NCBI GenBank assembly: GCA_021162935.1
Contig: JAGGXR010000102.1
Location: forward strand, 1 to 45,736
DNA: 45,736 bases
Origin: Deltaproteobacteria bacterium
GTDB lineage: Bacteria; Myxococcota_A; Polyangia; HGW-17; SLPX01
Direction of reading: 5' to 3'
This document shows, in pieces, positions 24,980-35,200 of this stretch. Positions within the stretch are counted from its first letter, which is position 1; each line of letters begins with the position of its first letter. The notes under the pieces were generated by a model. That model saw only the letters and a program-made list of their open reading frames with translations. It did not search any database and was not told the DNA's origin. Both the position numbers and the translations under genes were made by a program.

Positions 24980-26109
24980 ATCAGGACCTCTATGACGTGC
25001 TCGGTGTCGGCAAAGATGCATCGGAACCACAGATCAAGAAGGCGTACAAGCGTCTGGCCAGAAAGTACCACCCGGATCTGAACAAGGACGACCCCAAGGC
25101 AGAAGAACGGTTCAAACAGATCACCGAAGCGTTCGAGGTCCTGGGGAATCCGGACAAGCGAAAACTCTACGACGAATTCGGTCCCGTGGTTCTCAGGCCC
25201 GGATTCGACCCGGAACAGGCCCGTCAGTACGCCCGCTGGCAAGGCGGTGGAGCCTCGTCCGGCTCGGATTTTCACCCCTTTGGCGACGATGGACAGCAGA
25301 TCCCCTTCGATGATCTGTTTGGTTCCATGTTCGGTGGCGGCTTCTCCCAGGGCCGCCGCCGCCAGACGCAGGTCCGAGGACAAGACGTCAGGGCCAGTAT
25401 CGAACTGGCCCTGATCCAGGCCCTCAAGGGAGGCAAGGTCGACCTGACCGTCCAGGTCCCACAACCCTGTCCGAATTGTCATGGCACAGGGCGCACCGGG
25501 CAACCCAGGGTCTGCCCCGCCTGCGGAGGTACGGGCAGGCGAGCACTCGGAAAAGGGATGCTCAACATCCAGATTCCCTGTGACGAATGTGCAGGCACAG
25601 GGCAACTCGCCGGCCCACCCTGTCCACGTTGTGGCGGCACCGGATCGATATTGAAGCGCCAGCGACTCAAGGTGAAGATTCCGCAGGGCATCAAGGATGG
25701 GGACACCATTCGTCTCTCGGGCAAAGGACGCCCTGGCATGAGGGGTGGCGGAAATGGTGACCTGTACCTCCAGGTCCACGTACGCCCCCACCCCTGGCTG
25801 CGTCGGGACGAAGACGATCTCTACATGAAACTTCCGGTCACCGTGCCTGAGGCTGTTTCCGGTGCCTCCGTTGAGGTCCCCACGTTGGACGGCACCGTTC
25901 GGGTCAAAATCCCCCGAGGATCGAACAACGGCCAAAAGCTGCGCCTCCGAGGCAAAGGCGTTGCGAAGAAGTCGGGGGGGGGAAAAGGCGATCTCTTCGT
26001 GGAGCTCTCCGTCGTCCTGCCAGACGGGGGAAACGACGATTTGGAACGCATTGCCCAATCCATGGCGCCATTTTACACTTTGGATATTCGACAGAATCTG
26101 TCGCTGTAG
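24976..26109 (+). CDS. dnaJ: molecular chaperone DnaJ (J domain, G/F region, four CxxCxGxG zinc-finger repeats, C-terminal domain)
   Basis: [33 protein letters not shown] (HPD motif). [35 protein letters not shown] start with GGAGGTG 6 nt upstream. Overlaps the grpE stop. No dnaK lies between grpE and dnaJ. Confidence 0.9.
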   Translation: MNQDLYDVLGVGKDASEPQIKKAYKRLARKYHPDLNKDDPKAEERFKQITEAFEVLGNPDKRKLYDEFGPVVLRPGFDPEQARQYARWQGGGASSGSDFHPFGDDGQQIPFDDLFGSMFGGGFSQGRRRQTQVRGQDVRASIELALIQALKGGKVDLTVQVPQPCPNCHGTGRTGQPRVCPACGGTGRRALGKGMLNIQIPCDECAGTGQLAGPPCPRCGGTGSILKRQRLKVKIPQGIKDGDTIRLSGKGRPGMRGGGNGDLYLQVHVRPHPWLRRDEDDLYMKLPVTVPEAVSGASVEVPTLDGTVRVKIPRGSNNGQKLRLRGKGVAKKSGGGKGDLFVELSVVLPDGGNDDLERIAQSMAPFYTLDIRQNLSL

Positions 26110-26141
26110 GCAAGCATCTCCAACGCATCGTCTCATCTAAA

Positions 26142-26193
26142 GCGCTATTGCACGCCCACACGCATCGGCCATCTTTATCGCTGTCAATAGCGC
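26142..26193. promoter_or_regulatory. inverted repeat GCGCTATTG-N34-CAATAGCGC downstream of dnaJ and upstream of hsp20
   Basis: 9-bp perfect arms at 26142-26150 and 26185-26193. No T-tract follows, so it is not a classical intrinsic terminator. Confidence 0.4.
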
Positions 26194-26344
26194 ACAACTA
26201 CTATCTACACAGTCATCCACACTGTTCCTGTAGAACTGCGTCTATGCGCTTCTAGACGGATGCTCCGGTCCCGCTCCGAAGAAAAACATCTGGAGGGCTT
26301 GACCGCGATGTGCTCGTGATTAGCTTGTTTATTGCGAAACAATG

Positions 26345-26360
26345 GATCGACCGGTCGATC
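26345..26360. promoter_or_regulatory. 16-bp perfect palindrome GATCGACCGGTCGATC about 30 nt upstream of the first hsp20 start codon
   Basis: Read from the sequence. Lies between a TTGACC-like -35 hexamer region (around 26299) and the GGAGG RBS of hsp20. Candidate operator. Confidence 0.5.
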
Positions 26361-26390
26361 GAATAGTGCAGACAAGAAAGGAGGTTTGCC

Positions 26391-26819
26391 ATGCTCTACG
26401 GATGGGACACTGCGGATCTGTTCGGTGAACTGCGTAGGATGCAAAGTGAGATGGATCGGCTCTTCCACAGGGTTGGCTCCACCACAGGGACCTCTGGCGT
26501 CTTCCCGCTTGCAAACATCTACGACGACGGCGAGGTCTATCACATTCGAGCAGAACTGCCCGGCGTGGATCGTAACACGCTGAACGTCACGGTGACGGGA
26601 GACCAGATCACCATCACCGGTGAGCGAAAGCCTGAAATTCCTGAGGAAGCGAGCTATCATCGTCGTGAGCGGGACCACGGAGCGTTCAGTAGGGCGATTA
26701 AGCTTCCAGCCGTCATGAATGCCGACGGGGTCAAGGCCCTGTACAAGAACGGGGTGCTCGACGTCCTCGTTCCAAGGGCGGAAGAGGCGAAGCCTAGGAA
26801 AGTGGCGGTGGAAGGCTGA
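26391..26819 (+). CDS. Hsp20/alpha-crystallin family small heat-shock protein
   Basis: ACD-type segments (..YHIRAELPGVDRNTLNVTVTGDQITITGERK.. and ..GVLDVLVPRAEEAKPRKV..). AAAGGAGG RBS. Confidence 0.85.
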   Translation: MLYGWDTADLFGELRRMQSEMDRLFHRVGSTTGTSGVFPLANIYDDGEVYHIRAELPGVDRNTLNVTVTGDQITITGERKPEIPEEASYHRRERDHGAFSRAIKLPAVMNADGVKALYKNGVLDVLVPRAEEAKPRKVAVEG

Positions 26820-26841
26820 CCAAGAAACGGGAGGTGTCATC

Positions 26842-27246
26842 ATGTCCAAAAAGAAGGCATTGGCCGTAACCGAGAAGCGGGCGATTGACATGGCTTCGGG
26901 CGAACCAACCCAAAACGGGCTGTTCTTCACTCCTCTGGTGGACATCTACGAGACGGACGAGTCCTTGACGTTGGTGGCGGACATGCCAGGGGTGACGAAG
27001 GGGAACCTGGACATCGACCTCGCTGAAGGAATCCTGACGATCACAGGGACGGTTCCAGTAGGCGAAGACATGCCACAGCTGGCCTACCAAGAATACCAAA
27101 TCGGAGGGTTCACGAGGAAGTTCCGAGTCGGCGAGGCCATCGATCAAAGTGGCATTCGGGCGAAACTGGAGGACGGTGTCCTGAGACTCGTTCTACCCAA
27201 GGCCAAGAGCCTCAGGCCAAAGAAAATCGAAGTGGAAGTTGCGTAA
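26842..27246 (+). CDS. Hsp20/alpha-crystallin family small heat-shock protein (second copy)
   Basis: ..TLVADMPGVTKGNLDIDLAEGILTITG.. and ..GVLRLVLPKAKSLRPKKIEV... GGAGG RBS before the internal ATG at 26842. The upstream track extension (26719) is unsupported. Confidence 0.8.
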   Translation: MSKKKALAVTEKRAIDMASGEPTQNGLFFTPLVDIYETDESLTLVADMPGVTKGNLDIDLAEGILTITGTVPVGEDMPQLAYQEYQIGGFTRKFRVGEAIDQSGIRAKLEDGVLRLVLPKAKSLRPKKIEVEVA

Positions 27247-27264
27247 ATCGAGGCCCAAGACGTG

Positions 27265-29088
27265 CTATCGGGGAAAAAGGGAGAGATCCAATTCGAACGC
27301 AGCCGCTGGATGGGACAAACCAAAATGTTCCAGAACCTCTGGATGGATTTCTCCCAGATGCCCGATGGGACGCCCCGATACAGACACGATGCCGCAGCGG
27401 CCATCGAGATAGCAACCGAGCGACGCATTTGCAAAACTCGGATCCCGGCCAAGCTCCACGAGTAACTGCTTGCACAGGGATCGTGCATCGGCGGCGCCGG
27501 CCTTGGAATCAATCAATACCGCAGAAACCACGAGGTGCTCACGGGCGCCAGTTTCTGCGGACTCATCCAGATGGGAGGTCGGACCAACCTCGAAGAGCTT
27601 CTGAGGCAACTCCCGATTCGTATTGTGGGCGAGGGTATCGAGCAGACCCGGCAGAAGCGAGAGGCGAAGCATGGTCTGTTCGGCGCTGATAGGATTTTCC
27701 AGAATCACGGCGTTCGGGTCCTCGTCGAGCCTCATTTTGATAAAGGCTTCCTGGTCGGACGTCAGGGCCAGGGTCATGACCTCCAGAAAACCGAATCCGG
27801 TCATGACCTGACGGACGTCGGCGGCACGCTCCTGCTCCGGATCCGGTGCGCCGATGGTCAATGTGGGAACGATGCTCGTCTCGATGTTGTGGTAGCCGAA
27901 CGCGATCGCCACATCCTCCATCAAATCCCGAGGATGGATGATGTCGCTGCGGTAGGCAGGAATCACCACATCGATCCGATCGTCTTCGGTCACCTGGGTG
28001 CGATGACCCATGCATTCGAGGAGCCGAACCACGTCGTCCCGATCCAGATCGATGCCCAGAAGGGATGCCGTGGCCTGAGGGTCGAGCAGCATGGTCGCCG
28101 GGGTCAAGTCCGGCGTGTCGATTTCATGATCAGGATAACGAACGGTCACCTGTTGCACTGCCACGTCAGGCTGAAGTTCCTTGATGGAGGTCACCATGAC
28201 GGCCAGAGCCTTGTTGACGATGTTCTGGTTCGTTCCGGTCACGTCCATGAAAAATCCGCTCGTGGTCTGACGGACCCGGGTCTGCTCACTATTGATGATT
28301 GGAGGCATGGACAGAATCCGCCCCGTGGAATCCCGGAGAATCGGATACCGCCGAAATCCGTCCAGCAGCTTGGCGAATGCCACGCCCTTGGGGTGCTTTT
28401 CGAGAATCTGAGCCGGGGTCATCGCCGAGTCTGTCTCCTCGGGATTACAACCGAGCGGAACGAAAGTCAGTGCATCCGGTTCGACGGATGTGTACTCGAA
28501 AGGCCCCGTGACGGTATCAAGGTCGTAGACACCGATGGAGGCATGCTTGCGATCCCGACCGAGCGCCCAATGGAGATTCTCCTGGAGCTTCATGACCACC
28601 TTGATGAAGTCGTCGTCCAGAGTGATCCCGGAGACCATGGCCGCGGCAATGGCGGGCCTGGGACAGAGATCGGTCTGGGTGGAAGGATCCACGGTCACGC
28701 TCTCGGCAGGCGGCTCGATGTCGTACTCCTTCAGTCCGACCCGATGGCCCAAATATGCGTTGAGGGTTCGGGCGAGGCCGCCTGGATCGAACAGGTCCGG
28801 TCGCACCGCAAGCAGCTCCATACGAAGGACCTCGGTCGAATCGAGTTCGGCCATCTGGTCGGGATGGTCCTTGAACGAGAGACCGCAGCCACCACACAGC
28901 ACGGGAGGTTCTTGGGTTTCGGTGATCTCGGCGATATGCCCGCAACGGTTGCAGCGAAATCGCCTCAGGATGGCGAACCCTTCCACGTCGCATCCGAGAT
29001 GCTGCAGGTGTAAGATGAGGGTGTCCCGATCCATCTTCTCGATCAGACCCTTCTCTAGAAGGTCGACGGATATTCCAATTACCGGCAT
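27265..29088 (-). CDS. pheT: phenylalanine--tRNA ligase beta subunit, archaeal/eukaryotic type (~607 aa)
   Basis: N-terminus MPVIGISVDLL.. and overall length match archaeal/eukaryotic beta (bacterial beta is ~800 aa with an anticodon-binding/Tyr-Arg-rich region). Contains B3/4- and B5-like regions. Has an extra CxxC...CxxC insert (FRCNRCGHIAEITETQEPPVLCGGCG) near the N-terminus. Overlaps pheS by 10 nt. Confidence 0.75.
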   Translation of the reverse strand: MPVIGISVDLLEKGLIEKMDRDTLILHLQHLGCDVEGFAILRRFRCNRCGHIAEITETQEPPVLCGGCGLSFKDHPDQMAELDSTEVLRMELLAVRPDLFDPGGLARTLNAYLGHRVGLKEYDIEPPAESVTVDPSTQTDLCPRPAIAAAMVSGITLDDDFIKVVMKLQENLHWALGRDRKHASIGVYDLDTVTGPFEYTSVEPDALTFVPLGCNPEETDSAMTPAQILEKHPKGVAFAKLLDGFRRYPILRDSTGRILSMPPIINSEQTRVRQTTSGFFMDVTGTNQNIVNKALAVMVTSIKELQPDVAVQQVTVRYPDHEIDTPDLTPATMLLDPQATASLLGIDLDRDDVVRLLECMGHRTQVTEDDRIDVVIPAYRSDIIHPRDLMEDVAIAFGYHNIETSIVPTLTIGAPDPEQERAADVRQVMTGFGFLEVMTLALTSDQEAFIKMRLDEDPNAVILENPISAEQTMLRLSLLPGLLDTLAHNTNRELPQKLFEVGPTSHLDESAETGAREHLVVSAVLIDSKAGAADARSLCKQLLVELGRDPSFANASLGCYLDGRCGIVSVSGRPIGHLGEIHPEVLEHFGLSHPAAAFELDLSLFPR

Positions 29089-30608
29089 TGCGGAGTCTCC
29101 CTGATCCATTGAACATCGGACAGCACGGTCTGCCGAATGTCGGACATGTCGTAGCGGAACATGGCCAGGCGTTCCATCCCGAGGCCCCAGGCCAGAACCG
29201 GAACGCGACAGCCTTGGGGCTCGGTGACTTCCGGTCGAAACACGCCCGCTCCGCCCATCTCGACCCAGTCCTTCCGTTTTTCGTGCCAGACGAATACCTC
29301 CACTGAAGGCTCGGTGTACGGAAAGAACGCAGGCCGAAATTCGAACTTGTCGAAGCCCATCTTCTCATAGAATCGACGCAGCGTTCCGAGTAGCGCGGCG
29401 AAACTCGCGTGCTCGTCCACGATGATCCCGTCAACCTGGTGAAAAACGGGAAGATGTTTGTAGTCCACCGTTTCCCGACGGAACACGCGGCCCACACAGA
29501 ACACCTTTCTGGGCGGATTCGAATCCTGGGCGAGGGCCCGGATGGTCGATGCCGTCGTGTGGGTCCTGAGCACGGCACGCTCAGCCCGCTGCACCTTCCA
29601 GGGAATGCCCCAACCCTTCGATCCGGTGTCGCCGCCATCAACGTGGGTCCGCCGCACGCGTTCCACGAGGTCGGACGACGGAAGTCTGCACCATGCCGGA
29701 CTGGACACGTAAAAGGTGTCCTGCATTTCCCTTGCAGGATGGTCCTGGGGCTGAAACAGCGCATCGAAGTCCCAAAAAGCTGATTCCACGTAGGGGCTGG
29801 TCACTTCACTGAAACCCATTTCCAGAAACACACGTCGCGTTTGTTGCAGGACACGCTGGAAGGGGTGGCTCTTGCCCGGAATGACACTGTAGGACTCCAG
29901 CTCCAGATTATAAGGTCGAAAACGGACCTGCTTCCATTCGTCGTTCTTGAGGAGATCGGGCGTCAGTTCATTGACCTCACGGAGAGAGTCGATGCCCGCC
30001 TTCCATGCGGCTTTGCCTTCGGTGGTGGCCTGGGCGGTGCGCCGCACCCTCTTCTTGGTCTTGAGGAAGCCGCCGCGCTGTCCCAAAAGATCCAGTGCGG
30101 CATCCAGATCAACGCCTCGTTCGCGCAATTCCGACCCGGTCGCCCGTTTCACCTCAGCCAGGGTACGGACCAGTTGTTCATCGGCTCCCAGAGTGTCGTC
30201 GAGGTTTTTCGCCAGGTCTGTTGCCACCACGAGACGACCTTCCTTGTTCGCCCAGCCCTTTTGCTTGAGCCAACGCAGACTCTGACCAACGATTTTTTGG
30301 TCCATTCCCGCGGCTTCGGGAAGAGCCGAAATGTCGGTCGATCCGCCGGCATCCACAAGTGCCTTGGCGACCCGCCGTTCCGGAAACACACCGTCGGAAA
30401 ACAGCTCACCGGCTGGGCCGAGCTGGAATTCCTCGTACTCCTCCTCGTGCAGTTCGACCCAGCCCTGTTCAACCAGTCCTCGAATGGCCGGATCCACTTT
30501 TGCCTGGTCCTGGTTCGTGGCGCCCGCCAACTCGGCGATGGTCACCGGCTTGGATTGCTCGCAGAGGTACTTGAATACTTCATAGGGTCCTGCCGGAAGA
30601 CTCGGCAT
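29079..30608 (-). CDS. pheS: phenylalanine--tRNA ligase alpha subunit, archaeal/eukaryotic type (~509 aa, with an N-terminal winged-helix-like extension)
   Basis: Class II motifs: FQPQDHPAREMQDTFY, KVFCVGRVFRRETVDYKHLPVFHQVDG, and GAGVFRPEV...VLAWGLGMERLAM. The ~280-aa N-terminal extension is as in eukaryotic/archaeal alpha. GGAGGTG RBS before the ATG at 30608. The track ATG at 30620 lies inside the RBS. Confidence 0.8.
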   Translation of the reverse strand: MPSLPAGPYEVFKYLCEQSKPVTIAELAGATNQDQAKVDPAIRGLVEQGWVELHEEEYEEFQLGPAGELFSDGVFPERRVAKALVDAGGSTDISALPEAAGMDQKIVGQSLRWLKQKGWANKEGRLVVATDLAKNLDDTLGADEQLVRTLAEVKRATGSELRERGVDLDAALDLLGQRGGFLKTKKRVRRTAQATTEGKAAWKAGIDSLREVNELTPDLLKNDEWKQVRFRPYNLELESYSVIPGKSHPFQRVLQQTRRVFLEMGFSEVTSPYVESAFWDFDALFQPQDHPAREMQDTFYVSSPAWCRLPSSDLVERVRRTHVDGGDTGSKGWGIPWKVQRAERAVLRTHTTASTIRALAQDSNPPRKVFCVGRVFRRETVDYKHLPVFHQVDGIIVDEHASFAALLGTLRRFYEKMGFDKFEFRPAFFPYTEPSVEVFVWHEKRKDWVEMGGAGVFRPEVTEPQGCRVPVLAWGLGMERLAMFRYDMSDIRQTVLSDVQWIRETPQCR

Positions 30609-30804
30609 ATCCACCTCCATGGCTGCACATCAGGTCATTTGGCGACGCGGCCGGCACAGCCTGGTCCTTTGCCGCAAAGCGACGGCTGGATTATATGCGG
30701 GCTCCTTCGATTGTCACGACGATTATTTTGTGTAACATATATGGGGCGTAAAAAGGAGCTGTCCAGGTTTCCTGATCAGCCGGTATGCGCAAGGCGGGTG
30801 GTCA

Positions 30805-32247
30805 ATGGCTCGAAAAGCTTTGGTGGTCGATCCGGATCCGGGAGTGGCGAAACAGGTGGCGCTTTTTCTGGCAGGGCGTGGTTTCCGCACGGAATTCGTC
30901 CTGCCCGACGATGTGGAAAGCGGCCGAGTCTGGATCAAACTGTCAGATCCAGACCTTGTGCTGCTGATCGTGGATCCTACGGTCGCGGGTGGCCGCGGCC
31001 TCGACGTACTTCGAGACGTGACTCGCATCAATCCGTCGGTGGAAGTGGTCGCCATGGCCGAAAGCCGCACAGCGGAACAGGTGATCCGTGCATTCCGTTC
31101 CGGAGCGGCCGACTTCTTGTGCAAACCGCTCGATATGGACGAACTGGCCCTCGTGGTGAGTCGGATCGACGGTCTCCACCAAACCTTCAGTCAGTACCTG
31201 GAGTATCGACGGGCCATCGAGGTCTACGATGCCTGCCGTAGCCTGTCAGCCTGCTTGGACGTGGACGAACTGTCGCGGTTCGTTCCGGATCTCTTTTCAC
31301 GTCTGTTGAACACGGATGGAGTTCTGGTGCTCCTCGACACGAAGGAGGGGGACCTGAGGCCCGTGGTACGAGTGGGCATCGACTACTCGCAGTCCCAGTG
31401 GTACATGGAAATCATTGCCTCCATGGAATCGCCTCCCGAATCGGGAACGGCCCAGGATCTCGCCACCCTCGGATTGAAGGGCCCACCCGGCATGGAGGAC
31501 AGCCATGCCCTCGTCATCCCTTCGCTGGTGGAAAACGCCGGTCTGGGCGTGGTGGTTCTGATTCGACGCCAGGAGAAGGGATCGTTTACCGGGGACGAAG
31601 TGACCGCCGCCCTGTTCTTGGGGCGACAGACGTTCGTGTCCGTACGTAATGCCGAGGTGTTCAGTCACGTCCACAGTCTGAACTACGTGGACGACATGAC
31701 GGGGCTGTACAACCATCGATATCTCCAGGTGATCCTGGACCGCATGGTTTCCCAACCCCAAGGGCAACCCTTTGCCCTGTTCTTCATCGATTTGGATCGA
31801 TTCAAGACCGTCAATGACCGGTACGGCCATCACACTGGGCGCCAGGTGCTCATCGAAGTTGGCAAACTCCTCGGGCGGGCGACTCGGGATACGGACGTGG
31901 TGGTTCGTTACGGGGGCGACGAATTTGTGGTGATTGCCGTGGAGATTTCCTTGCCCGACGCCACGGCTCTGGCGGAACGAATCCGCACCCACATCGAGCG
32001 GCATCGTTTCCTGGCACGCGAGGGCAAAAACGTCACCTTGACCGCAAGCATCGGGATCGCCCAGTATCCCGAGCATGCCACCACGTCAAAGGCGCTGCTG
32101 GAGCTGGCCGACCTTGCCATGTATCGCGGCAAGAGTCTGGGGCGCAACTGCGTCTACACGGCGGACAGGCTCGAACCACGCCCCGTAACGGGCGAGGTGG
32201 AGATTGATGAGTTCAAACCGAGTCCAGAACACTTCGAAGACGGTTGA
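30805..32247 (+). CDS. response-regulator receiver + GAF-like + GGDEF diguanylate cyclase
   Basis: N-terminal REC-like fold (..LVLLIVDPTV..CKP). The C-terminal GGDEF domain has an intact GGDEF (RYGGDEFVV) and an RxxD I-site (RDTD) 5 residues upstream. Confidence 0.75.
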   Translation: MARKALVVDPDPGVAKQVALFLAGRGFRTEFVLPDDVESGRVWIKLSDPDLVLLIVDPTVAGGRGLDVLRDVTRINPSVEVVAMAESRTAEQVIRAFRSGAADFLCKPLDMDELALVVSRIDGLHQTFSQYLEYRRAIEVYDACRSLSACLDVDELSRFVPDLFSRLLNTDGVLVLLDTKEGDLRPVVRVGIDYSQSQWYMEIIASMESPPESGTAQDLATLGLKGPPGMEDSHALVIPSLVENAGLGVVVLIRRQEKGSFTGDEVTAALFLGRQTFVSVRNAEVFSHVHSLNYVDDMTGLYNHRYLQVILDRMVSQPQGQPFALFFIDLDRFKTVNDRYGHHTGRQVLIEVGKLLGRATRDTDVVVRYGGDEFVVIAVEISLPDATALAERIRTHIERHRFLAREGKNVTLTASIGIAQYPEHATTSKALLELADLAMYRGKSLGRNCVYTADRLEPRPVTGEVEIDEFKPSPEHFEDG

Positions 32248-32256
32248 GGTCGGGGG

Positions 32257-35200
32257 CTACTGTCGAACAGCGTTGAAATAGATGTCTCCGTGGACGTCGT
32301 CTGTCCTGGTGTCCACCCAAACGACGTACCCATCCGTAGCACCATCCGTCATAAGTCGCGGAGAGAAGGACTCGGCCGATCCAGGCGGACTCGCTCCATC
32401 AAGGCGGACATCGGCCGGCTGAAAGTTGAGCCCGCTATCCAAGGAATAGTTGAGGTAGATATCCCTCAGACCGTCCCGGTCGTCTGCAAAAGCGACGAAG
32501 ACCTTGCTGCCTCCCGACGCCAACTGAACGTCTGAAACGTATCCCGGACCGGCCGAAGCCCGAACCGACGAACGAATCGTGGCACCGTAGTCGATCGAGC
32601 TTGCGACTCGGATCATGGGCAGCCCCTCACGAAAGTCCTGCCACGCCATATACAAGGTCCCCGTCTGCCCCAAGGCGAAGCTCGGTTCGTACGAATTCGC
32701 GTCGCCCTTGTCGCTGTCCACCTGCCGGTCAGCGAGCCAACTCGTGCCGTTGTCCACCGAACGTGCAAGGTAGATGTCCGAGTAGGGGACTCGACGCAGG
32801 TCCTGCCAAATCACGTAGACATGTCCGGCTCCGTCCGTGCCCATTCGCGGATACTTCGACGCAGCCGCTCCGGCCGCGTCCGTATCGAGTCGAAGGTCGG
32901 AGGTGCCAAACGTCGCCATGTCATCGGTTGAATTCAGATAAATGTCCGCCGCCCCATCCCGCTGGTCCATCCATGTCACGAGAATCCGACCCGACTGGCC
33001 GATGGCCACGCGGGGCAGTGAAGCAAGAGCATGGGTCGGATCGGAAGGCACCTGGTTCACTCTGAGAGGCGATGTAAAAGTCTGGCCATGGTCGGAGGAT
33101 GCGGCAAGATAGACGTTGTGTTGTGGATTCGTATTGCCCGATCCCTCCACGAAATCCTCCCAAACCACGGCCACTCGGCCGGCTCCATCAGCAGTCAGGT
33201 CCAGGTTGAGTGAATCCACGTTTCCCGTGTCCAGTCGTTTCTCAGCATCGAATGCGGCACCACAGCCTGCGGCCCTTCTGAAGTAGATGTCACGGTCTCC
33301 ACCCGTACGAAAGTCCGTGTATACCACGTACACCCAGCCACTCGGATCGGCGAACACGCGTGGCTTGACGCTATCGGACGAGCCCGTGTCCAGACGAAGG
33401 TCGGCACTCCAGGTGACCCCACCGTCCGAAGAACAGGCATAATAGATGTCTGCGTTGCCGTTTCTCGTGTCCAGCCAGACGACGTACACGTTGTTTCCAT
33501 CGGCAGCAAGGTCCACCTGGATGGAGTTGGCTGCGCCTGGATTGCTCGTGATGTCCAATCGTTGGTCCGTTGAGTCTTCGGTGACACATCCCGCCAGGTC
33601 GGTGGTACTGTCGCAGTCGTTGTCCAGGCCGTCACAGACTTCAGCGGATGGGTCTACATTGCCTTCACAGATTAGGTGATGGTTGGTGCAGGCGGTCGTG
33701 CCGTATCGACATTCACCCGTGTTCGACACGCCGCACTGGACGCCGACTCCCTGTGGGTCATCATCCACAAAGCCGTTGCAATCGTTGTCCTTGCCGTCGC
33801 AGATCTCCGGCTGGGGATCGATGGCACCCTGACAGATTACCTGGCCGTTCGGGCACACGGTGACGCCCACCTGACACTCACCCACGGAACTGCCGCACAG
33901 GTCGCCCGTGTCCAACGTATCGTTGTCCGGCTGTCCATCGCAGTCGTTATCGACTCCATCACAGATTTCCGGCTGCGGGTTGATGCTGCCCGAGCAGACC
34001 AGGATCCCGGACGAGCAGGCCCATGTACCTTGCTGGCACGCTCCCTGATTCGTCCCACAGACACCGCCCGTATCGATGAGGTGGTTGTCCGCCACTCCGT
34101 CGCAATCATCGTCGAGGCCGTTGCAGGTTTCGGCGACCGGCCCCTGCCCACCCTGGCACAGTGGCTGTCCGCCTTGGCAGACCATGGTCCCTCGCTGACA
34201 TTGCCCAACGCCGGTGCCGCAGGGGCCGCCCACGTCCACTGGCGCGTTGTCGGTTACGCTGTCGCAGTCATTGTCCTTGCCGTCACACACCTCCACATGG
34301 TGGCCGACACCTCCAGAACAGATCAGAATTCCAGATGAACAGGCCCACGATCCATGCTGACATTCTCCTTCATCTCTACCACACGAGCCACCAACATCGG
34401 TCAGGTTGTTGTCGGCAACGCCATCGCAGTCGTTGTCAACGCCGTCGCAGACTTCTGTGCCACTGTTCGTCTCGGTGCAGGTGTATTCGCATCCGTTCCC
34501 CGGAGCGTTGTCCAAATTCACATACCCAGGCTTGCAGGAGATCAGGACGCAGCTTCCCAAGACACAGTCCATGGTGGCGTTTGGTGCCGAACAGACATGA
34601 CCGCAGGATCCGCAGTTTGCCGGATTCGACGACGTGTCCACGTTGTCGTCGATGCTCCCATTGCAATCATTGTCCAGACCATCGCAGATCTCCACGCCTC
34701 CGTTGGTTGCAACGCAGGCGTACTCGCATCCGTCGTTTTCGTCCTGGTCCAGATCCAGAAATCCGTCATGGCACCGGGTCAACCGACAGTGGCCCTCTTG
34801 ACACTCGGAATCCGCGTTCGTCAAGGCGCATGCGGTGCCGCACGATCCACAATTTGACTCGTCATTCATCAGGTCAAAATCTTCGTCCGTCTCGCCGTCG
34901 CAATCGTTGTCCAGACCGTCGCAGAGTTCCTGGCCCCCATTCGAGGGCATACAGGCGTATTCACATCCGTCAGACATGTCGTGATCCAGATCGATGTAGC
35001 CCGGAGCACAACCCTGGAACACGCACTTGCCCTGCTTGCAGTAACTGAAGCCGCCCGGAACCTGGCAAGAATTCCCGCAGGATCCGCAGTTGTCCGAATC
35101 CAGGGCCAGGTTGAAGTCTTCGTCGGTCAGTCCGTCACAGTCGTTGTCCAGTCCGTCGCAAAGTTCTGTGCCGCCGTTGGTGACCTCGCAGGGTCCTGCA

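Noticed and set aside
26110-26390. CIRCE (TTAGCACTC-N9-GAGTGCTAA), HAIR (CTTGAGT-N7-ACTCAAG) or sigma32 (CTTGAAA...CCCCAT) sites upstream of hsp20 and grpE.
   Set aside because: No acceptable match to any of these consensus sequences. Different palindromes are present instead and are reported above.
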